In this document: positions 54,937 to 64,000 of the stretch, one piece after another
Position numbering within the stretch: position 1 is the stretch's first letter
Layout: every line of letters begins with the position of its first letter
Source of the DNA: the human T2T-CHM13v2.0 reference genome, Homo sapiens
Assembly: GCF_009914755.1 (NCBI RefSeq)
Contig: NC_060933.1
DNA: 64,000 nucleotides
Direction: 5' to 3' (one strand)
The notes under the pieces: model-generated
Databases searched by the model: none
What the model saw: the letters and a program-made list of their open reading frames with translations, nothing else
Told to the model about the DNA's origin: nothing
Program-made: the position numbers and the translations under genes

Positions 54937-55224
54937 ACAATGAGATCACATGGACACAGGAAGGGGAATATCACACTCTGGGGACTGTTGTGGGGTGGGG
55001 GTGGGGGGAGGGATAGCATTGGGAGATATACCTAATGCTAGATGACGAGTTAGTGGGTGCAGTGCACCAGCATGGCACATGTATACATATGTAACTAACC
55101 TGCACAATGTGCACATGTACCCTAAAACTTAAAGTATAATTAAAATAAATAAATAAATTTTAAAAAATAAATAAATAAATAAAAGGAGTTACCATTACTT
55201 AATGCTTGTGTAAAATGTTAAAAC

Positions 55225-55500
55225 CCTAACTCATTCATTCATTCTTTATCCAGTTATCTGATCATTGAGGATATTATAGGCACTAGGTCTATAATTTTAA
55301 CCAAACACCCATGGTACATGCCCTTACAGAGCTCAAAATCTAATGAGAACGGTAGATATTATAATAAACACATATATAAGCAAATTAATATCTAACTGCA
55401 AATTGTGATAAGGAAAATAATAGTATGCTTTAATTACGAATAATAATCTAGTCTAGAGATCAGTGGTCAGGGCAGGCTTAGACATAATAGGCGAGAAGTG
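55225..55500 (-). mobile_element. L2 3' fragment
   Basis: actcattcattcattc...taggcactagg...tgcccttacagagctcaaaatctaatgag. Confidence 0.65.
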
Positions 55501-56081
55501 TTGTGTTTGTTGCTCAATATTTAAATTTTCAACAAAAACCAGTTTTATTATCTCTGATTTACAGATGTAAACTATGAGACAGAAAAATTAGATAAACACA
55601 CTTTTGGTATGTTGCCATACAAAATTTTATGTTATTGTAAAATCCAGTTATGGTGTGGGAAAGCATTTTGAAGTTTATGTGTTTGTGTGTTTACTGCTCA
55701 CCTGTCCAGGGCCATTCCTGTCAGTTGGGGTTGTGTCATTCTGTAGTAGCCTGGAGTTATCCCTGGAGGTTTAAGTCACCCAATGCCCATAATTAGTTGT
55801 GGCAGTCTCAATTTTCCCTTCCCAATTTTTATTTACTTATATTGGACACAACTCTGATGTGCATTTTAGTATGAGAACTACTGACTTTAGGGCAAATTTT
55901 AGAATACTTGGAGCAATGCATTCATGAATGTGCTTTAGGATCTCTCACAAACATGATTTTGGGCAACTCTGCTTTTGGGAAGAGTTGAAGAGCAGAGAGT
56001 TTAAAGTCATCAGTGCAGCCAAGCACCTTGACAGGGTGACAGGGTGATTACCATGCAGGTCAGATATCCATGTGCTTTTGC

Positions 56082-56254
56082 TTTTTTTTTTTTTTTTTTT
56101 TTTTTTTTTGAGACAGAGTCTTGCTCTGCTGCCCAGCCTGGAGTTCAGTGGGAGTGATCATAGCTTGCAGCATAGAACTCCTGAGCTCAAGCTATATTCT
56201 TGTTTCATCTTCCTACAGCACTGAAATTACAGGTATGTGCCACTGTGCCTGGCC
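56082..56254 (-). mobile_element. Old Alu monomer (FRAM/FAM-like) with long A tail
   Basis: T-run, gagacagagtcttgctctgctgcccag...gccactgtgcctggcc. Degenerate TSD atccatgt(g/a)cttt. Confidence 0.8.
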
Positions 56255-56374
56255 AAGATCCATGTACTTTGACAATCAAGACAACATCAAGATCCTGGGG
56301 AAGGGGGCAGCTGAAACTCTAAGAAATGCACCTGATTGTGTGCTCACATCCTAGAGGGTTAGAAGTGAGCCTCA

Positions 56375-56604
56375 GAGCAGGCAGATCATGAAGTCAGGAG
56401 TTTGAGACCAGCTTGACTAACATGGTGAAACCCCGTCTCTACTAAAAATACAAAAATTAGCTGGGTGTGTTGGTGCGTGTCTGTAATCCCGGCTACTCAG
56501 GAGGCTGAGGCTGAAGAATTGCTTGAACCCGGGGGGTGGAGGTTGCAGTGAGCCGAGATCCTAACACTGCACTCTAGCCTGGGCAACAGAGTGAGACTCT
56601 GTCT

Positions 56605-56636
<32 letters not shown>

Positions 56637-56641
56637 AATAA
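56375..56641 (+). mobile_element. 5'-truncated AluS
   Basis: gcaggcagatcatgaagtcaggagtttgagacc... plus A tail. TSD aagtgagcctca (56363-56374, 56642-56653). Confidence 0.9.
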
Positions 56642-57436
56642 AAGTGAGCCTCAAGTACCTACATCAGTACCAGAATCTTTCTTAGAAAATGGCCCTGTGT
56701 CTGCTTTAACACAGAAGGTTGAGTAGGTGATAAACTCCCAATATTTTACTTTATATTTCAGCATGATCATATTGTATTTATCTTAGATAAATTTCAAAAC
56801 AGGTATTTTTATTTTTCCACCATGTTTATAAACAAAAAGAAAACTCAGTCATTTGTATGTCTAATTGAATAGTATATCTTGTTGAATCCTGAGGAAACAG
56901 AAGGATTAGCTGTAAACAACTGATGTTTGTAAACCATCTGAATATGGGAGGAGATTTTTCCACCTAGAGAAATCTTAGAAATGATGGCTATGGATGACCC
57001 CAGAGAACATTGCCCTTATCCCCGGCTATATTTAAGGAGACTGAGAAGGAGCCATTGATACTCACTTTGGCCAAAACCCATACACCTATAGAGAAGTCAC
57101 TTACATGGTGGCCTTGTGGTGAGTCTTACTGTTATCCTGAGGAACATCATGTCTGGTTATTGGACATCAGGTCCACTGCACTGGCTTATATATAATCGAG
57201 ATACCTTTATCTAAACTCTGAAATGACTAACTAAATCCATAGGGCCTGGGGGTGGGGGCTATGTCTTAGAAACCCTCTAAGCCTTCTTGTTAGTCAAGGG
57301 CAGGGGCCAATGTGATTTTGACTAGAGCGAGCCTTGAGAATTGAAAGACCGTTTACTGGATATAGGCTGCCAGGCAATTTAAGATAAGCTGGTAGAATTC
57401 AGTGTTATAGTGATTATATGGATCTAGACAAGTGGG

Positions 57437-57800
57437 ATGTTAAAAGTGGCAAACTCCATCCCAGGTCACCTTTAAGTAGACATTATAAATCTTTATGTAC
57501 AAGTTACTTTTCTTCTCAGTAGGAAGCTGGTGAAGATTGCTAAGGTGACTCCCATTTATAAGGAACTGGTGTAAAAGATCCTGGCAGCTATTGCTGCTGG
57601 TAGTCGGTTCCTTCTCCACTCGCCTGAAATTACTTTCAAGGTAGTTCATAAGCAGGTTTACAGTTATTTTATGGCTTGCTGTTTAATAGTGCTTTCCCAG
57701 TCTATATTTTGCTCAAGATATTTTACCTCACCAACAGGGCTTAATTTATTGGCTCTATTAGGCATGGACACAGAGTTAGAGAAAGGATTAAAATAGGTGT
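57437..57800 (+). mobile_element. Ancient non-LTR retrotransposon (CR1/L2/Crack-clade-like) RT fossil
   Basis: Manual translation MLKVANSIPGHL*VDIINLYVQVTFLLSRKLVKIAKVTPIYK / GVKDPGSY / KVVHKQVYSYF..LSQSIF..ELEKG follows the RT domain 0-2 pattern PL.HIINLS..G.FP..WKIAKVTPIYK.G.K.DP.NYRPIS.L..KIFEK.VH.QLY.YL...SQ.GF. Confidence 0.7.
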
Positions 57801-58739
57801 TTTCTCATTGTAGTAGGTAGATAGGTCCGACCAAATCTGCCAGGTTTTAAAGCTTGACTCTGTTAGTTTGCATTTGACAGGAATCAATTCTATATTTTTC
57901 TGAGGAAAAAAATGTGAATTAATTCTAGTACTTAACCAAGTGCCTGGTACACAGTTAGCAACCAGTGAACATTTGCTTATTGGCAATGCATTTTCAAGTT
58001 TATTGGTTGCCAACCCTGTACCAGGCTCCATGTCCTCCATTTATGTGATGGCCCATATTTTTATGATGAATGAATGACTCCACTCAAGGTTATTATTATC
58101 TATGGGGAAACATCTATAAACAAAACAATTAATGGTAAAACCAAGTAGAATAAAGTTTGACAGCTAAAACAAAAGTTTAGTTAAAACACTCAGGGGAGAA
58201 AGATTAATTCTCTCTTAAAGTAATAATGATAAGCCTCATGGAGAGGATTATTTCTGGGTCCCCATAAAGTATGCTACCAACTGTAGAGTGCTGCACTTGA
58301 GTGAAAATGTCATCTATCAGCTCCCTGTGACACCAGGACTAAAGCAAACATTTCATATTAGAGTTATCTATGTTTATTTTCCCAACGTCATGAAAGGTTG
58401 AACAGTTTTTCTGTTTCAGTCACAAGTCTCCACAGTTTTGAGTCTAAGTTTCAGCTGAGCTGTCCCAGATGCTCACAATGGTGGTCACTTTCTCCATAGA
58501 ATAATGTGAATTGTTAAAAGAAAGAAAAAGAAGAAGGGATGTGGGTGAGTTGGGGGAAGAGAGCTGATACTGCCAAAGAACACTAAAATAACACTTAACA
58601 GTAGAACACTAGACACATATAGTAGAAAACAAATCAATTCAGAAAGATATTCTCATAAATCCTCTTTCTAGTGACAACTGGGGTTCTTTAAATGGAGAAA
58701 AATGAGGGACTGTTATGCAGCATTTGAAAAGAAGCTACA

Positions 58740-58990
58740 AATTAAGATTATGGATCAATTACTACTGATCTAATATCAAGTGAAATAAAGCCAGATTATA
58801 AAAATATACATGAAAAACAATAACAACTATGTTAAAACACATGCAACTTCATGTAGTAACATAGTGGAGCGAAGTACATAAACTTCATGATGACAATTGC
58901 TTTAGGATGGAAAGGCAATTGTTTCTTAAAAAACCGTTTGGACGGTGATCGTATTTTAACTATGAAAATGTAAACTTTATTTATTAAGTT
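58740..58990 (+). mobile_element. Old L1ME-like 3' fragment
   Basis: atatcaagtgaaataaagccagattataaaa...acaattgctttaggatgg. Confidence 0.5.
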
Positions 58991-60939
58991 GACGTTTAAC
59001 AGAAAAGCCTTGCAGGGGATCAGATCCCCTTCAAGATTGCACCTGGGAGGCAGGAAAGGATTGTTTATTTAGCCTTAAGGATTTTGTCATAGATTGCAGA
59101 GGAATGCTTTAGCCCCTAACCATGCTGCTCTGCTCTGTTCCCATTTCATATGCACTTGCAATACAAAAGTGTTTTCTGAGGGTGTTCTGAAACAGTTCTA
59201 GTCCGCTTAAGGTCACACAGATCAACCCTGGATCCATGTCTCAGTGGAGCAAAGTTGAGGGGGAAGGCAGACAAAGCTGACTGCTCATGGGGGCCCCACG
59301 TGGTTGAGACCCAGAGAGAGCTTAATCAGTGATGTGAACTGGCTGACGTGAGTTGCAGAGACACAAACTCACAACCAGAGTATCAATCAGCATTAGTGAT
59401 CATTAGGGACATGGTCTGCTTAAAGTCAGCAATCTGAAAAGGCCAGACTGAGTTCTTATGATAGAAATGACGTATGTATAAAACATTCCCTTTTTGCTTT
59501 CAAATCAATTGGCCCTTTTATATTACATGGCACAACTCTCTAGAATCATAACTTACTTCTTGCCAAGACAGATTTCAAGTTCCTTCTTTGGGCAAAACTT
59601 TGACCCTTACTTTAGATCCCTTGGAGACACATTTCTATATGGAAGTCTTAGTCATATTGGTTCCAACAAGACTGAATATAGTGCTCGACACTTAATAAGT
59701 TCCCAGGAAATGTTTGTTAAATGGGATACAAAAGATTCCCAATTTCTTTCCTCTTGTCTTCACAGCAGCAGCATACTGTGTTCCTCTATCTGGAATGTGT
59801 CTGAAGTGGCTTGATGGCTTTGTCATGGGTGGGGGCACTTCCTCTCAGGGAAGTGCAGGCTTCACTCTTTTTGTCCTCTTCACTCTGTTCTGAACTTTTC
59901 TCTTCACACTGGATTTCTGTTTACTGCATGGCCTTTAGATATGATGCCACGGGGTGTCTCTGCGTTTTAGGCACCTAGCCTCCTTCTTCTCTTGGAGGGG
60001 ACATTGGCACAATTTCATTTTTGAAGCAACTGGCATCTCAGATTATGCTTCAAGTCCCCTAACCCAATTTAAAGCTTTCTTTTTCTCATAGCTTTTCTAG
60101 ATCAGTAGTGTGTGTGTTGCCTAGTCATCAAATCTAATAAGAGCAGACAGTTTTGTCTCTCCGATGGTTCCTGTGTAATAATTCCACATCCATGTGTCAT
60201 CTAACACACACCGTTTTGTCAGGTTAGGAAAGTGAAATTCATGAGCTTAAAAAGAGAGGACATTGTCCGTGGAGTTGCAGCCATGACAGAGTTATGTGTC
60301 CTTAAAAAAGGGGCTATACAAAAGCTGCTTCACTGCACTAAAACTAACACATCCCATGTTATTGACTCCCTCGGAAGCAATGTCTAAAGACCACTGCTCC
60401 AGCTGGTAGAGACATCGGAGTCTTAACCACCGATTAGCACATTTCCTGGGTTGTGCGTTGTCCTTTGGCTGAACTCTCCAAATGCTGCACTTGCTGAGGT
60501 TGCTTTAGACTCAAGAGTGTCATAGCAGCACTTTTTGTTATTATTGCATTGGCTTCCTTGGGTTCAGATGTCACAGTGCAGTACCGATAAGTGAAAAATT
60601 AAGGAAGAACTAGCAAAAAAATAAAGCATATGTTGGAAGTCACAGCATAGCATAATTACCGTCAAGATATTAACTCTCTAAAAAGAGGACAATTCAAGCA
60701 TTAAAAAGATGCTATGTTGGGATGTTGTATCACTTCTTGCCAGTATATAGTCGACTCTGATTTAAGATAAAGTACGTAAGTTGTATTTTCTAATGTACCT
60801 TCTAGAAGAATAGACCAGCAGTTAAAACTTCTCATTAATAAGTGCAACTTGTAACATAATAATAGATTTATAATACATGCTTAGTTGAATAGTAGGGATA
60901 GGGATGGTGATAAAGGTATTTACAATGTTACAAATTAAG

Positions 60940-61100
60940 CATTTTACATGTGTGTTCTCTTTCAACACATCCCTCAGTATATCTAACCTTCAAAGACCTC
61001 TATAAGATGGGAATGATTATTCCCATTTTGTAGATGATGAAACTGAAGCTTAGAGAAGTGACTTTTCTGAGGTTACATGGCTAGAAAGTACAGGAAACAG
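60940..61100 (-). mobile_element. MIR
   Basis: attattcccattttgtagatgatgaaactgaagcttagagaagtgact. Confidence 0.75.
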
Positions 61101-63299
61101 GTGGTCCTAATTGCAGATCTTTCCTATATCAGTTGTTGTTTCTCAGGGAAGCAGAATAACTGTAAGTTATACAGAATAAACATTTATTATAAGGATTAGA
61201 TATTTCACAATTATGGGAGCTGTTTAAAAAACATCTAAGATTTTTTAATAAAAAAATCTAATATTTTTTTAAAGTAAGAGGCTGTTGCCTCTGCATTTCT
61301 AGTGGTGGGCTTGAAGTTTCTGTTTGTTAGCCAAGGGAATATATTATAAGGATATAGAGGTATCTTATTGGACATGGGGTCTCAACAAGTTCCTGCAATC
61401 GGCAGTCATCAGGAACCAAGGTGTTGGTTTGTTCGCTCTCTCTTTGTCACCCTCTCTCTCTCTCGGTATCTGTTGCCTATTCTCTTTCTGGAGATTGACT
61501 TAGTTTTTGTATTTATTTATTTATTTGTTTGTTTGTTTTTGCTTCTTTGTGCATATAGCAGAAGATGGACACTTGTGTAGCTATCCAACCTGTAGATTTC
61601 ATATCAAACAACCAACAGAGAATGCCTTGGAACTATTAATACTAATTCCAGATTCCAGGAAAACAGAATCTCATTAACCCAACTTGGATCAACTGTGACG
61701 AGGGAAGAGTAAAATGAAGACAAGGAGGGTCATGAGTGGGCAGCCACCTCCAAAAGTATGCTACAACCAGGATTGTTCTGGCACGGTATAAAGGGTGGAT
61801 TTCAGGAGGTGATAATAAAAACTGGACATTTCTGAAAGTTAATTTGACAGGCTTTGCTGCTTGCTCTTGTAGCAGAGAGTTTCCTGTAACAAATTGGGCA
61901 AGGGGGCTGAGATTTTGCCTTGGAAACCAATGTATTCATTTACAATTGGATGTGAAAACTGTCCTAGAAGGATTATGTTCTATCTGGCTTCTCACGGTTT
62001 TTAGATAACTGTAGACTTGTTATAGAGATATAACCCAACTTCCACTTCCTCAATTCATTAAAAAGGAAACTGAAGATCAGAGAGATTAAAGGATTACTAA
62101 ACCTCTCTTTTTAATTAAATTATATTTTAAACCATAATCCCTCATCCAAATTGTACAGATCCTTTTTGGAATGGTTTTAGAAAAGAACCTCAGTGATTAG
62201 AACTCTACTTGACAGATTGGGTTAATCCTTAGATCTTCAAGTGAATTGAGATTAAGCTAAATCATATATTCTCACTATATCTTAAAATAACTAATTTTCT
62301 ACCCCAAAAGAACATGCATTTAAGTTGACAGTCTCTTGGTTCTGATTCTGCAGATGTCTCCAGTTTGAACATATGGTGATTGTACTTACCACCTGTGCTG
62401 AAATTCTTGCAAACACTGGGGATTTGAGACCAAATGTCAGCCCCAAGTTTGATATATATTGGCTTCGGTAACTCTTTCTCATAACCTTCTCTCAATCTTA
62501 AAATAGTTTGAGATTATTATATTTGTCTGAATGTTAGTAAAAATGTCATTACCTTGTGGTGGAGAACAGTATTTGAGCACTTGTGGTGACTTGTTTCAAC
62601 TCTAGAATGTTATACTTTTCTTTGTCATTTTGGGTCTTTCTAAGCCACTAACTCCTTTTTGAAATATATTGTAATAATTTTTTTGCATTTTGTTATTTTC
62701 ATTTTTATCATTTCATCATCTTATGTGAGTTTAAAGTCATTTGCAAATACCAAAAGAGTAAAGGATTCTCCTTAGGCTCCAACACATTTAACTTTTAGTG
62801 CTGAAATACTTTTATGCTGTTCTTATTTTATTGCACCTATCAATATTTATGTATAGTTAAATTCCCTTATAATATTTTCCAAGAGACCAAGCTTTAATAA
62901 TATAGGCAGAACAATGTGAAATGTATAATACGGTGAATATTGAGGCAACTTACAATAGTTTGCCTGCAAGTAAGACACTTCTTAGCATAATATATCAGAA
63001 CAAAATATATCTCATCTTATTCCACAGACTTGAAATGGCCACTATACCAAAGCAGGTTTGAAAAAAAATGTTTATAAGCTTTAAAAAGGAGAGTTGAATA
63101 GAATTAATAGAATCAAGGGCTGAAATAGTATACATGGACTTGATGTTTGTAGGCTGATTTTGGTTAGATGTTAAAAATATTTATATCTGATCAAAGTGGT
63201 ATGTGTAGATACATTCCAATTAGTTGATTTTTGGTTCTTCTTTCAAAAATGCTGAACATGAGTTATAGACACATTAAACAGCTTGAGCAAGGTCATTTA

Positions 63300-63620
63300 G
63301 CAGTGAACTGCCGAAAGAACTAATGGATAGAACAAAGCATTACATCCTACTTCTTAGCTCTGTCTTAAGTATTTGTACCACTATAGGCAAGTGACTTGCA
63401 TTAGCTTGGCCCTTTCTAGAAACTCAGTAAGCACTTGATCGACTGAAATATTCAGCCTCAGTTTTGTCATCTCTAAAACTAGAATAATGAAATCTACCCA
63501 TATAATGGGGACAGTTTAGGACTTACATGAAGATACTTGAAAAAGTTTAATGAGAGAGCAAATAACCATTATTTAGAAATTTAGAATTCTGGTTCCAGAG
63601 CTCAGCTGCCATATTGTTTA
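63300..63620 (+). mobile_element. MIR fragments
   Basis: gcctcagttttgtcatctctaaaactagaataatga...aggacttacatgaagat. Confidence 0.65.
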
Positions 63621-64000
63621 ACAAACAGAACATAAAGCAAGAGAAGCTGTGCCCACTTGTGGTTAGTCAATATGTGATTGTAAATGAAGAATACTGAAAA
63701 CATTAGAAAAATTATGGAAGAGGAAGAGAGACCATGTAGAAAAAGCCAACCTTGGGAAGAGCAGATGGCGATGTGAGCTAAGACTGACGAAATGCAAGGG
63801 TGATGCCCTCTCTACAGTGAGAGTCAGGAGATAACACTGCCCCTTTGCTTTTGGCACTCTGTGGCACTCTACTTTGGTTTCTGCCTTCAACTTGAACTAA
63901 TTTCTGAAGCAAGCCATACATCATCCCAGTGAAGCTGTGGGTTCACTGGTCGTTAGAGTTCTGTCTTCATATCTCATTGCCAGTATATGGTCTATGGTGA

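Noticed and set aside
54985-55015. G-quadruplex-forming tract
   Set aside because: Standard feature of the L1PA 3' UTR.

Overview
Primate (most likely hominid) non-coding genomic DNA dominated by interspersed repeats. I recognise no cellular protein-coding gene, RNA gene or CRISPR-like array. Left to right it contains: the 3' end of a degraded HERV-L provirus (integrase, dUTPase) with its MLT2A LTR; an old full-length L1PA interrupted by an AluY; Tigger3b; solo LTR1; an MLT1 LTR with nested insertions; solo LTR9; a near full-length Tigger1; back-to-back MER51 and LTR12 solo LTRs; a CR1/L3 fragment; a MER4-type solo LTR; and a full-length L1PA2-type element with a 16-bp TSD and only three nonsense mutations. 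Many Alu, MIR and L2 fragments lie between these. Nearly all ORFs in the supplied track are TE-derived or chance. I find no evidence of a new biological system. The best leads are a very old non-LTR reverse-transcriptase fossil near 57.4-57.8 kb that the ORF track misses, several candidate exons with strong splice sites, a + strand bias of L1/LTR elements, and a few internal duplications. Subfamily names come from recalled consensus sequences and need RepeatMasker/Dfam confirmation.
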